The position numbers and the translations under genes are program-made. This document shows, one piece after another, positions 51,386 to 64,000 of a stretch of 64,000 nt of DNA. Position 1 is the first letter of the stretch. Each line of letters begins with the position of its first letter. Origin of the DNA: Octopus bimaculoides (Eukaryota); NCBI RefSeq assembly GCF_001194135.2, contig NC_068998.1, positions 24,727,315 to 24,791,314 on the forward strand, written 5' to 3'. The notes below the pieces were generated by a model that was given only the letters and a program-made list of their open reading frames with translations, searched no databases and had not been told where the DNA came from.

Positions 51386-51557
51386 ATATATATAAATGCC
51401 TTATGTTCCCGTTCCTTTTTTGTCCACACTTTTTTGACGTCCTGTACCCGGATATGCATCTATATATACACGTAGATGTAGGTATGTACATATATGTATG
51501 TATATATGCATATGCTCACATTTCATTTGTATTATTATTATTATTAATATTATTATC

Positions 51558-51588
<31 letters not shown>

Positions 51589-53529
51589 NNNNNNNNNNNN
51601 NNNNNNNNNNNNNNNNNNNNNNNNNNNNNNNNNNNNNNNNNNNNNNNNNNNNNNNNNNNNNNNNNNNNNNNNNNNNNNNNNNNNNNNNNNNNNNNNNNNN
51701 NNNNNNNNNNNNNNNNNNNNNNNNNNTGTGGATAGAAACATACATATCTAACAATCCATCTATCCATCCATCCATCAATTCATCTATCTACCTATCTATC
51801 TATCTCATTCTATTCACTGCATGATGTGCATGCAGCAGCTATAACTTTAAATCTGATACATTTTTACTGCTTTATAGTTGGGTGCTTATTTGGCCTCCTT
51901 TGCTATAATGATTTAGGGCGTTAAGATTGACAAAATTCCCTGCATTGTTCCCTATTAAAAACTAAATTTGGGGTATATTTCCCTTCTCTCTAAAACATTT
52001 GAGGCAAGCAAATGGCAACATTTTTTACGTTTTATCTTCTTAATACTCAACTGAGCGTTTTCTGAGGTTTCCAAATAGCCATGCATAAAAACATGTTAGA
52101 TTGACATCCTCAGTTTCTTTTATTTTAGCTTTAGAAAAAAAATGGATTCGTTCTACTGGATAATGCCTCGGGAGTATGGCGAGTAACGATGGGATATACT
52201 GTCACTGAAATACTTGGAATTTTCTTCACATTTTACGAGAATATTTTGCTTGGAAACGAAAGTTTTAAAACGTCACAGTGCTTGGAATTTTTATTATTAT
52301 CTTATTGCGTCATCATGATTTTTAAAGTTGACAGTTCATGACTTAATGATTTTACAATGACACTTTTGTTTTCTACTCTTAATCTTTCCATCTTTGTTTT
52401 AGTTAGTATCAAACGGCGTTATATTATTTAACGAGACATGATGATTTACTGAATAGTTTAATACTACCCTATTCAAAAAAAAAATCTTGCAAAATAATGT
52501 TGTATGTAGTGACATAAAACACGAAAATAAAACATTTCGAATTGGTTTTTATTTTTGCGAAGCAATAAAACAAAGAAATGGTTCCTTATGAAGACGTCTA
52601 CATTTAAGAGCCGAATCCGGGAAGCGTTTGGAACACAAGAGTTTTGTTATGATTTTAGAAGCGAAATTGCTGAAATGTTTGGCTTCGTTGTAACATGCAG
52701 AGGGGGAGGGGAGGAAACGAGGTATGTGTATATATAGACTTGGAGAGTACATAAAAGAAGAAAAAGAAAACAGATTATCAGGAATGCCAGAGTAAATATA
52801 AATATCATTCAAATGGTAAAAAAAAGCCATACTTCATCAAATTTGTTCTAGTGTCAATATGTTTAGAATAATGATATATCTCATGAATTTGTTCAGAAAT
52901 AAAGTCAGATACATTACGCAATGAGCAAGGGTTAAATACGCCAGTGATAATGAGAAATTCGTAGATAGTTTCTAATTTAAGCAGAGTACTAACCCTATTC
53001 AGCATTTTGCTGCAAATAACATTTCAATTCTTTTGTTCGTAAACAAGATGTTGCTTTTCAAATACTGTGTCTGTTTGAGATTCGAAATCATTCCAATTAT
53101 ATGTGATTTGCGTACATTGTTTACGTATCTCTTCAAAATTTGCTGATTTAAATTACAGTTATTTAATGATAATTTCAAAAATATTGAAACATCAAAGTAA
53201 CTTCCCAAACATATTTAAGTAGACATCTCTAAGAAACGTAAAAAATTATATTGAACTATAATTTAGGAACACCTGGTATATTTCCAAATAATTAATTACA
53301 AATATAGAATACATTAAAAAATGCAAGCCATGAAGCCACTGAAATCACGATATAAACATAGCATAGAATGTCTATATGCCTGGAATATATTTTTTGAATA
53401 TTACATAATCGACGCCTAGACTTGTAGCGTCATACACCATATTTAGATTTCCAAGGTTCAATTCCATTTCATATACAAGATATTGTTGTGTTTCTCATAA
53501 CGCGATTTTGTGTTTCTCACAGCAGGATT

Positions 53530-53615
53530 TTTGTTGTGTTTCTCACAACGCCGAGGTCCAACTTGTCATCCATCCTTCCGAAGGTTGATAAAATAAGTAC
53601 CAGTTAAACACTGGG
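53530..53615 (+). mobile_element. SINE family B fragment
   Basis: CGCCGAGGTCCAACTT...GTTGATAAAATAAGTACCAGTTAAACACTGGG, preceded by three TGTGTTTCTCA units. Confidence 0.6.
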
Positions 53616-53704
53616 TCTATGTGTATTCAGAACATAATGAGTAGTAATTAAATAGCAGGTGGCTATTTCCCACGTTCTTCCAAAATTTGAAATCAATAAT
53701 TGTT

Positions 53705-53830
53705 TCTTATTATTAAGGCACAAGTCCAGCTAGGGAGTTACTCGAATACATCGACCACATTATTTGCCTAACACGTTATTTTATCCAACCGAAAAAAGCT
53801 TTGAGGCAAAATGGGATTTGTATGTACAAT
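53705..53830 (-). mobile_element. SINE family B fragment, diverged
   Basis: AAGGCACAAG..CCAGC...ATCGACC...TTATTTTATC pattern is the reverse complement of the family B 3' half. Confidence 0.5.
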
Positions 53831-54309
53831 TTAGAAAGCCTGAACAAACACAGCTTCGCGTTTACATTCTTCGGTGCTGTAAAGATTAGGTCAAATCCCT
53901 ACCCGTCAATTATTTGATAATGATTTTCTTTTCTAGCATAGTTGCATGCCCAAATAAAGTGGTGTAATTGATTAAATAGATCGAAAGGTTTATCGAAACC
54001 ATGCAATGAAAGTTAAAATGGAGCATTTCAATGGACATAATGCAATATATTTTAACCGTTTTATTCATTAACTCAGTCCATCAACCTCGTAATGAATTGC
54101 CATCCTCGCAGTGAATTGTCAAAATACTGCGTGCTAATTATGTTCTGAATACACATCAATCCAAAATCATCATTAGTCTTTATTCTTTCGGGAGTGTGAG
54201 AGTGTATAAAATAAAGTAACATTATACACTGGAATAATTTAATTAAATACATTCCACCTATATGTGATCTTCTGATTAGGATGAAAGTTAATTATTAAGC
54301 GTAATATAA

Positions 54310-54515
54310 GGCGGCGAACTGGCAGAGTTGTTAGCACGCCGGGAAAAATGCTTCACAGTATTTCATCCGTCTTCACATTCTGGATTCAAATTCCACCGTG
54401 GTTGGCTTTGCCTTTATTTCACTCAGAGTCGATAAAATAAGTAGCAGTTGAGCAATCAACTTACCCCTCACCCATGGGGATAGCTGGCCTTGTGCCACAA
54501 TTTGAAACCAATATT
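54310..54515 (+). mobile_element. SINE family B, near full length
   Basis: GGCGGCGAACTGGCAGAGTTGTTAGCACGCCGGG...GTCGATAAAATAAGTA...CTGGCCTTGTGCCACAATTTGAAACC. Confidence 0.88.
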
Positions 54516-56015
54516 AAATGTAATATGTTTATAAATAAGTATTTTCAGTCGCACACAATTGATGGAGGTTCTACAAGATGAATCTACCTATAATGGTAAA
54601 ATCTTCCTCATATCACACACTGTTTTAAAATGAATAAAATTATATTATATAGTGTATTCATAAAAATTTGTAAGCAAAATAACTTATCGTTATCGCTGGG
54701 AGCTTGATCGATTTGGGATTTGTATGTACAATTTAGAAAGCAACTACAAATCTTTGTTACACGTTTGCTTAGTATGATTGTTTCGGTTCATATTGAATTT
54801 ATGACATATTTCTCCCTCTCCCGTTATTCCTTACAAAAATATATAACGTTTAATGTTGTTTTATTTAAAAAGAAATACCCATATATATATTAATTTAAAT
54901 TTGAGGTATTCCTCATCTAATCATTTTATTGCAGTTTAAATGATATCAGTTCAATTGTACAAATTTGAGGTATGTATCATGATTCTAATCAGTGGGTTAT
55001 GTTCATCATTCTCCCCATTTCAAATAGCTAACGGCTTAGAAATGCATGTCTTTAATATATGCTCATTATTTATAAAACTGTAGCGATTACACAGTTGCTC
55101 ATAGACGAAAGCATAGCTAATTGGAAGCATGTCTCTCATTATCAACTCTTAGTTAAACTGTTAGTTATTACAACAGCATACACTAAATGCAATGGAGAAA
55201 TATTTTAAGGACGACTCTTTTAAGAATAAATAAAGACTCTGAGTCACTCATTATCCAATGGGATATTTTCAAGTCTAATAAAAGAGCTGTAACCTGACTA
55301 CATTCAGAAAACTTAATAACTACATCATACCGAATAACAAATCCCGTACTTATCTCGAACAGTTATCCTTTGTTGAAATATATACTATTGTTGTATTTTC
55401 TATCATGGTAACTAAATAGAAAATAGGAACTGTATCGACACAATGTAAATCTTAAAATGTTTGGAGAAATACTTTCATTACGTCTTTTTTCTTTTACCTT
55501 TATTCACTTTAGTTTGTTAACTAACCATTTGTTTGTACCCACTTACTTTAATCGACATGTCTACCACATATCATCCATTGAGGGTAGTAACGCTTTTCTT
55601 AATCTCAGAGAAAAGTTTTCTTTGGCATTTCTGTCATTGCTTGTTTAGTCTAGATTGTGCAGTCATGTGATGAAAGGCATTTCAGGCGTAACTCTTTCGT
55701 TTTTGATCCATATATTTAGTAGTACATCATTCAGCGTATTCAGCTTAAGGTAGAATGTGAGTTGAGAGAATTCGGCTTGCTTGTTTGTAAATGATCGAAA
55801 GAAAGTATGAAGGTAGACTTAGTTTCTTGAACCAGATCAATGTAGGCTGATATTGAAAGAATAACTGTTTTCAGTTTGCAAAGGAACTTCTCTTTAGTTG
55901 ATTCTCTGCCAGGTGTGCAGTAATACGATGGTGCTTCAGACTATTAATCTACGACTAATGGAGTGAGTTGTGAGAATAACTCGTGATTGCTTCACACAAA
56001 ATAAAACGAGAATTA

Positions 56016-56119
56016 GTGAAATAAAGTGTCTTGTTCAACACACAACCCGGTCAGCGAATCGAACTCACTACCTCAGGATTGTGAGCCCGACGCTCAAACC
56101 AATGAGCCATGTGCCTCAC
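56016..56119 (-). mobile_element. tRNA-derived SINE head (fourth family), truncated
   Basis: Minus strand GTGAGGCACATGGCTCATTGGTT (A box) ... GAGTTCGATTCGC (B box) ... TTGAACAAGACACTTTATTTCAC. Confidence 0.7.
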
Positions 56120-58324
56120 GCCGACATATATGCACAGTAACTACCCCGCCTCAGATGCTAAGGAACAGGAGAGTTTCAATAGTAAAACTGTTCATACCGC
56201 AGAATTCGTCAATTCACCCAGTTCGTCTTGCACAAAGTATTACTTTCTTACTGCTAATTAAGCTTATCTTTCGGTAAGAATAGATGTGAAAGTGAATGAA
56301 GGAAACAGAATGTTGACAGTGCAACATTACTAAGACTGTACCAGATAATGGCTGTCATATTGATGTGATAAGGATTTAGTTGAAATATTTTATCCAAAAT
56401 GTCTAATATCACAGAATAAGCAGTGTTTACAATTTCAGTTCTTTCAAAATATTTCACTTAAACCAAACGTTTTAATTAGTCGTTAACGTTTTATGGCTAT
56501 TAAAGTATTTGTACAAAATCTAAGTTTTTTTTTTTAATGTTTATTTTAGTATAGAAACTATTCTTCATATATTCACATCAGCAGTGTGTGTGTGTGTGTT
56601 TTACATGGTTGAAGCTTGACTTCATTCGTTCTGAAGATTTTATATTAAAATAGTTGTGTCATTTATTTCGATGAAAATACAGTAGCTGTAAAATATTACG
56701 ACATTAATATAGTTGTATTCTATCACTGGCCTATAAATTATCACTAGAAAACATTTAATTACTATAGAAATTACATTAAAATATATTTTATTGCAACAAA
56801 AAGAAAAAAAGACTATCTCCAAACTCTCTGCTAAAAATTTACCATATCTACGGATAAAAAGTGAAGTCGTTAACAATCAAGGGAATGATATCGATAGATA
56901 AAGATGCTTTGGTGTGTGTTAGTCGTCTTAGTTTGGATTCTAAACAATGTGAAAGTACAAGAGACTCTAAGCAAAGGTCTACTGGGATTTTGCGTTGTGA
57001 GAATTACGTTTCATATTTATCGGTCATGTTGATCTACTGCATACTGGAGATCATCAAGGTACTAAACCATCCAAACACGCCAACCCATCTCGTAACCTTG
57101 GTCCATGTTAGACTTATTTATATTACGGCAAGCTGCACGAACGTCTGTACAGCTGGAGGAGGTAGAATAAAAATAGGCCGATGATACGAATTCATACGTT
57201 GAACTACGTATGATGCCTTTAATTTTCACTGGAACTTTAAATTACTGTCAAACATTATCGTTGAAAATAATGTCGTAAGTACAATTTACATTGAGCTTGT
57301 CCAGATATCCTGAATGGAAATAGTATGGTACACTACATTACAAAAACAAAAATTAGCCTGAGTGCTTACTAGGTCATCAGACGTTGAAATGCGACTCTAT
57401 AGAGCGGGAAATATCGTCAATAACTATCTGGCCGGATAGGCTAATATGATATCGCCAGCAGCGGTGGGCATGCTTGAAGTTCCTTAGGAAAGATTTGCCA
57501 ATATATTGACCTTACCCATCTATTTTATTCCTCAAGGATATGGGCATGTTTAACATGTCTAAAAAAATTCCCCATCGAACTTCAGGAGAAAGGAAAGAAT
57601 ACCTAGAGGTAGATAAACGTTGAGATGTTTGGCAGTATATATAGTTGTTTTACAACACCCTTGCAGGCCGACGTTGAGTCGTTGACCTTAAAACGTTGCA
57701 GCATTCGTTAGGGTTTTTCTTTGTTGTTTAACCGCAAGTTTTTTTTGTGAGCGAGTCGATTGAAAACTCGTATCTACGTATGACATATTTCCGTTATTTA
57801 ATTTATGGTAATTAAAATGACCGAGAAAAATGTCGCGTTCATGGTTAGAAAGATTACCTTGGGTGAGAATGTTTGTTAGGAGATTGGCTGAAGCAACTAT
57901 ACACTACCCTTAGCGGTGTGCAATGAAGGGAGCTATTTAAGACTACATAGTCACAATACATCCATATTACTGTTGTTATACGGGAAGTTTTATGAGCAGT
58001 TTTTAACCATCTTTGTCAGTGGTTACAGACAGATGATCAACAGGGAATGGGTTGTTAAGATTTTATAAAGAGCTTGTTAGAACTTTTGATATGAATTTTG
58101 AGAATTATGCCATTCGATAGAAGCATTCACATCAGGCAGAAACGTCTCCTTCATTAAAGTAACAGACGTCATAGACATAGCTGTGTTCTTACCGCTTTTG
58201 CTTCTCATCCTTATTCTTCTGAGTATGATCTCACTATGTGGGACTGTGGTTATATGTTTTTTTTTTTAGATTTCTATGTTGATTCTGATATCATGAGCAC
58301 AGTTTCACTGAGGGTAAAACCACT

Positions 58325-58359
58325 ATATAGTTCATTATATTGGATATAATGAACTATAT
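58325..58359. repeat. Perfect 16-bp inverted repeat with 3-nt loop
   Basis: ATATAGTTCATTATAT-TGG-ATATAATGAACTATAT. Confidence 0.9.
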
Positions 58360-58864
58360 TTCTATTTATTTATTTATAGTGGGAGGCAAAATAGTTGGAT
58401 CCAGTAATTAGAAGTTCAGAATTTGAAAAACCGGATTAATTGCAAGCACTGAACAAAATGATTCAATGCACAACCCAAGGGTTATCAGTATTAGCAATCC
58501 GTCTGCTGATAATATTTGCAGTAATAATAGCCACGAAAGAAAGTCGATATTAGCAATTTATCAACAGATCAAATCTCGTCTGTCTGTAAGGCTTCAATTT
58601 AAGACAATTATTGACGTCACAAAATCACATGTTTATCTCTTCACATACTTGTATCTAGCTTCATTTCCAAGCACTGTTTTAATACATTACTACTATTTAA
58701 AACCTAATGTTATTGGAAACATATTTAATCAACCATTTTATATAAAGTACAAGGTACATACTTTTATACATGTTCTTTGCAGTATCATTACTATTTGTTG
58801 TTTAAGTTAACATGCAAACCGAATATCATAGTATTCCTACTATGAACTTACGGTTTAAAACTGG

Positions 58865-59060
58865 TTGCAAAATTTGGCACAAGACCGACCATTTCAGGGG
58901 AGTGGTAAGTCGATTACATGGACTTCGGTGCTCAACTGGTACTTATTTTATCGATTCCAAAAGAAAGAAAAGCAAAGTCAGTTTCGGCAAATATTGAACT
59001 CAGAACATAAAGATGCTAAGCATTTTGCCCGGCGTGCTAACGATTCTGCCAGCTCGTCAC
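58865..59060 (-). mobile_element. SINE family B, near full length
   Basis: Reverse complement of GTGACGAGCTGGCAGAATCGTTAGCACGCCGGGCAAAATGCTTAG...TTCTGAGTTCAA...ATAAAATAAGTACCAGTTGAGCAC...CTTGTGCCAAATTT. Confidence 0.88.
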
Positions 59061-59509
59061 TTTCAAACGGTTTAATACTAAGGCAATACATGTAAATAAA
59101 CGTAACCCGGAAGGGCGAAATATGGGGGATACTTCGGGCTGTATCTAAAGGGGGAAGATGTACCTGTGGTGCCATGTTCAGTAGAGAAAGAATCACTCCA
59201 TATAGGAAGGAAGGCATTTCAGCAGATTTTTATAGTCGGCGCGGTGTAGGGCGCAGTTGTAATATTCAGCGTATTGCTCGAATATTTCTTTATTGGCGGA
59301 TAAGGATAATTTCCTATATGATACGCTATTCATAATGGAGTTTAGAACAGCTGCAGTGTGGGTAAATTGGGAAGAAGTTAACGTATTAAGGTTTTCCCCT
59401 GAGTTTATGGTACGATACAGTGTGCTGTTTTGTAATATTAATACTTGAACTGAAAGACACGCTAAAGCTCACGTTTTTGAAGAAGTATCTAATTTTTTTC
59501 CTATCCAGG

Positions 59510-59700
59510 TTGTACGCTAGTTGAAACGCTTAGTAGCATTTCGCCCCTATTAACATTCTGAAATCAAATTCCGCCGTATCTTCTTTGCCATTCATTCCTT
59601 TCGGTATCGATACAATAAGTACCAGATAAACACTGGCTTCGATATAATCGAATTATCCCCTCTGCTGAACTTGCTGGCCTTGTGCCACGATTTGAAACCT
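59510..59700 (+). mobile_element. SINE family B, 5'-degraded
   Basis: CAAATTCCGCCG...TTTCGGTATCGATACAATAAGTACCAG...CTGGCCTTGTGCCACGATTTGAAACC. Confidence 0.8.
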
Positions 59701-59702
59701 TT

Positions 59703-59723
59703 ATCATCATCATCATCATCACC

Positions 59724-59801
<78 letters not shown>
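59703..59801. repeat. (ATC)n-(ATT)n-(AGT)n compound microsatellite
   Basis: Direct inspection; follows the SINE tail. Confidence 0.95.
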
Positions 59802-59802
<1 letters not shown>

Positions 59803-61140
59803 TGTATGTATGAATATATATCTGTACTTCAATTGTGAAATCATCTTATGTACTACACCAACCCACATTTTATTACTCAATAATACTAAAAAAAGAACAA
59901 AATACCATAATTCATTTCTGTATGTAAGTAGTAAAGGTATATAATTTAATCGTATATACGCTAATTTTTTTCTTTTCCTTTTCTTTTTTTTTTACAACTG
60001 TGTTTATTTGCACGAGGTTGTGTATGTCTCTCTCTGTGAGAAGATCCTGTTTGCAAACTATGTATGCTTCAGTCTTTCGATTATTATATACGTCAGTTGC
60101 TGCTTGTTCTTTTTATAAATCACTCAGCCACTTAAGTGAAGAACAACACACTGTAAATACAAACATCGGATGAATACAGAGAATAATAGCAGCTCACTGT
60201 GATACCATCATAATTTCGATTGCCATTAGATGCATCGGTATTGTCCTTCTCGTAGCCATTAACTATCTGCTTTGTGTTGCGTTGCATTTTCATTTTAGTA
60301 ACTTACACCCACTGTTATTTCTTTGTTAGGATCGAAATTAGCCACTTAATAAAGATGAATTCAGCAAGTAAATTATTCATAGGAGTAGCTTTTTCAACGG
60401 TTCGTCTTTCAATATTAGCACTCTGTAAGTCTCGGGCTTTGAAGTAAATGCGATATAGATCATTAAGTAAGTGAACCATTGACTGAGAAATTTATTTTGT
60501 TAGCATCTGTGGAATCAATTGATGAATAGGGACACAAACATTCAAAATATACATGTTCACTCATGTAGAAATATTGATATATATACACAAGCACACGCCA
60601 TCATTTGCACTTATCTATGTTAATGTTGACGTCATATAATTGGACGTGATGAGAGGCTGCAGTGTACAGTTATATGTTTTTATATACGAATGTTATTCTA
60701 CTTTTGTAACACCATGATTTTAGCTTGTTTACCTATGTTTAGAATTGATGTGTTGTTGAACATAATGAAGGAGAGTTTGATAATGAAATATCATGAGCGT
60801 AATTTGATAACTGTTTGGATGTAGTGTTTGGTGATACTCATACTAAGCGAGAGACATTGCTACAGATTTCAGAAATCTCGCTAAAACGAATATATATTTA
60901 ACTGTATTCAATATAGGTGTATAAACGAATTTATGTGTTGCTTTAAAGGAATAATTTATGGGATATACGGTGTAAAAATAGAATTAAATCAATTTCAGTC
61001 ATCAAATACATTTAAGCTAACATGGAATAGATCCGTTTCTAAATCTAGTTATTTTGTTTCTCGCTTATTTAAACACTTGTGCGGTTTATTACTGTAATGT
61101 AAGTTTTGCTTCATTCGTAAGGAAAAGAACGCTGGGGAGA

Positions 61141-61171
<31 letters not shown>

Positions 61172-62633
61172 CACACATTGTAAAACGCTACATTGTGTTT
61201 CACGGTGAGTCTTGTAAATACCAAAAACAAAAAGTGACGCCATATAATTCGAAATTAATCAAATCTATTCTGCTTTACTACAAAGTATTTGTTGCTCTTT
61301 TTGTAGTTCTGGATTCTCAGACAATCCTTCAGGCTTTTTCCACAATGCAGTAGTGTTTCAGCACACCACCGCATTGTTCTTTAAATTCGTTGTATTGTTA
61401 ATTTACTAGCTTGCACTCAAAGTGCCGAAACACTCTTTATCTTCTTTACACCCAGATGTGAAACAAAGCAAAATAACTCAATGTTAGATTCATCACTTTC
61501 ACGGCAATTAAGTTCTGCCTACTCTATTACATTCAACACGTTGTGTATCAATGCACTTCAAAATGTTTTGCAAGATTTTAATCATTCTCGGGGATTTTAA
61601 TCACCATAGGGATTGTTTTTTTCTTTTTGATTTTTGAAATTTGTATCTTATTTGGAGATAAGCGCAGTTTTATGCATCTTGGGTACATGCAGTGTTTGTT
61701 TGGCTTTTCATTCTATAACATTGATAATACACTATGTCTTTCTCTATGTAATTGTCTATGTTGTGCATATGCATATATCATATTTTACTTGTCTGCAGTT
61801 TTATTTAAAAATTGAAACCCATTATTAAAATTTTTCCCAGTCGATTTCTCAGTACAATCCCATCTGTTGATGAGTATTAAGGGGTCGTTTGGGAATCGCA
61901 TCTTACACACTGTTATATCTATTTCAAAATATTAGTATGTGGATAATTCTCCAATTGTAGACTACGGCGACTCATAATCTATTAAAGTGTAGTTCTTCTA
62001 GTTATCCGTAAACCTATCAGGCAGGTTAACTTTTAATACCTTTCTGTGGATTAAGATATCCATGAGGAATAATTGCTTTAACCCTCACTGAAGTATTTCT
62101 GAAATTGATAAAAAAAAAGTAAGAAGAGCACACGAGTAGGATGGCAAGACTTGCAAAACGTTAGGCTCTGAGAAAGCTATCCCTAGCTGCATTTATATCG
62201 TCTCAGCGTTGTAGCACTCCTTTGTGTTGCGATTTACTTTAATAAAAAAGCTGACTAGCCTGTCCCTTCTTGTGGAAAGGTATGCACAGGCACGTGCATC
62301 CAGTGAAAGCGAAAACTTGAGGTTCCTTATGTGGAAGGCGAACATATAGTGTGATCACGCCTTTCGTGCGGCAACCTTTATCACCAATCCTTTCTTTAAC
62401 TAAGCTGCAGTCGTGCGTCAAACGCAGTTAGAACGCCTTACACATCTGGGATATTACCAGAAGCGCAGTGCACATTTCCAAATAAAGTATACGTTCTGCG
62501 GTACGTCAGCAAAGGGTCTCTTTGGAAAACTCTTCTTTTTTTATGGGAATAGAGTTGGTTTTCTTGGTCATTCCCCACTTTTCAATATGTTAATTTTCTA
62601 ATTTCTCCAAGCATGAGAAAACAACAAAAACGC

Positions 62634-62653
62634 ATCATCATCATCATCATCAT

Positions 62654-62698
<45 letters not shown>

Positions 62699-62722
62699 TA
62701 TCATCATCATCATCATCATCAT
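62634..62722. repeat. (ATC)n microsatellite
   Basis: Direct inspection. Source of the poly-I/poly-M ORFs. Confidence 0.95.
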
Positions 62723-63519
62723 GTTTTCAGTGTTTTTATTGCTTTGTTTTACATCAGCCGTTCCATGTTTCAACCAGAGATATCAAGAAACAGCAAGTTA
62801 AACGTTTTACTGTAACATATTTATAAGTAGCTATGATGTGCTTTAAGGAAAGGAGACCAAATACTGAGACGTGTGACTTCGTTAAAAGTTTTTTGTAATA
62901 TTTGTGCTTTTGAAAGGTTTTTAAGTGCCTTTCTATCTGATTTTTTTTCTATGCGATTTGTAAACGCGTATCTATTTCTTTATGTAGATGTGTATGCTGT
63001 TAATTCTAGGTTTTATGCTAGCAATATTTGTGTGTAGTGCCATTATTACATGTTCACATATACTAATTTCTAGAAATTGGCTTTAGAATAGTGACAGGTA
63101 GGGAGGGAAGAGGAAATAAAGAGAAACACAGTCAACCAGACATACAGACAGAAAAAGGTGTAGAGATGCATACATATTAATTTATAAATAAATTTAGTTG
63201 AATGTCACAAGGAACGAAGAGATAATTAAATAGGGGACAAAATTAAAATTTTAAATATGTTGTTGCTGTTTGCTTTTTGAGAGCGATATGCTAGTATTGG
63301 TGCCAATTATTAGCAAGGTCGATGTATGTTTAAAATATGTGACAGATGTGACAGGAGTTATTAACGAATACTACTTTCAAATGTGGTGGTAGATTTGGTA
63401 GCTACAAATAGTGCCATACTGGCTAACTCGTTGTTTCAATTCACCTCCACGAACAGATGAATATATTGACAGTTAAATGTAAGCATTATTGCGATGTTTA
63501 AAATATTTACTGGGTGCAA

Positions 63520-63725
63520 GGCGACGGGCTAACAGAAGCGATAGCACCCAGGCCAAAATATCTAGTGGCATTTCGTCCGTCTGAGTTCATATTCTGCGGG
63601 GTCGGCTTTGCCATTCATCCATTTCGGGGTCGATAAAACAAGTATCAGTTGAACACTGGGATCTATTTAATCGACTTACTATCTTCCCGAACCTGCTGAC
63701 TTTGGCCGAAATTTGAAACAAATAT
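63520..63725 (+). mobile_element. SINE family B
   Basis: GGCGACGGGCTAACAGAAGCGATAGC...GGGGTCGATAAAACAAGTATCAGTTGAACACTGGG...AATTTGAAAC. Confidence 0.82.
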
Positions 63726-63839
63726 TTACTAGGTGTATTTTGCTGTGGCATAAATAGTGTTGGAGGTGTTTAACTGTTTTACAGCGAATAAGTAAGATCG
63801 ATTACTTTGTTTCAATTTCCAACTGTATTTATCATCACC

Positions 63840-64000
63840 GACAGGCATGGCTGTGTGGTAATTAGTTTGCTTAACAGCCACATGGTTCCATGTTCAGTCC
63901 CACGTCGTGGAACCTTGCCGTAGTGTCTTCTACTATACCCCTGGGCTGACCAAAGCCTTGTGAATAGATTTGGTAGACGGAAACTGAAAGAAGTCTGTGG
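63840..64000 (+). mobile_element. SINE family A, 5' half (cut by window end)
   Basis: CAGGCATGGCTGTGTGGTAA...CATGGTTCCATGTTCAGTCCCAC...TTTGGTAGACGGAAACTGAAAGAAG. Confidence 0.88.

Noticed and set aside
58140-58810. Hydrophobic plus-strand frames resembling TM1 and TM5-TM7, including ORF 58466-58810
   Set aside because: There is no DRY-type motif and not enough room for TM2-TM4. This shows how easily AT-rich DNA mimics membrane proteins.
1-64000. tRNA genes, rRNA, CRISPR arrays or prokaryotic systems
   Set aside because: The tRNA-like A/B boxes all belong to SINE heads. There are no rRNA segments or regularly spaced repeat-spacer arrays, and the sequence is clearly eukaryotic.

Overview
AT-rich eukaryotic genomic DNA from a gapped draft assembly. 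It has 15 N-runs (10191-10200, 11083-11463, 12317-12893, 13979-14182, 15579-16286, 19602-19641, 21593-21692, 24165-24369, 25218-25586, 26710-27082, 31650-31740, 39241-39943, 42872-43095, 45674-46442, 51589-51726), most abutting microsatellites. The tRNA-derived SINE families and the very dense CA/TA/CATA/TATC microsatellites point to an octopus/coleoid cephalopod genome (inference from recalled family sequences, not a database search). I cannot support any intact host protein-coding gene, and most ORFs in the supplied track are microsatellite or N-gap artefacts. The window is intergenic or intronic and full of mobile-element debris: about 17 SINE copies from 3-4 families, two TA-flanked MITEs, mariner, Tc1 and Chapaev-type transposase relics, 3' ends of an RLE-type LINE, a Penelope-like cluster, a probable solo LTR and a mini-Helitron. 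The signals most worth follow-up are: (1) a two-copy dispersed repeat carrying a minimal hammerhead-ribozyme-like motif with a non-canonical CUGU(C/G)GA core; (2) a ~720 bp non-autonomous Helitron that keeps an open frame of 23-aa STPR-type repeats; (3) several decayed, apparently intronless class-A GPCR relics (best at 37.0-38.0 kb and 48.9-49.7 kb) that may mark a birth-and-death receptor cluster; (4) long fold-back structures that are candidate dsRNA/ADAR substrates. Coordinates of decayed elements are approximate (tens of bp).
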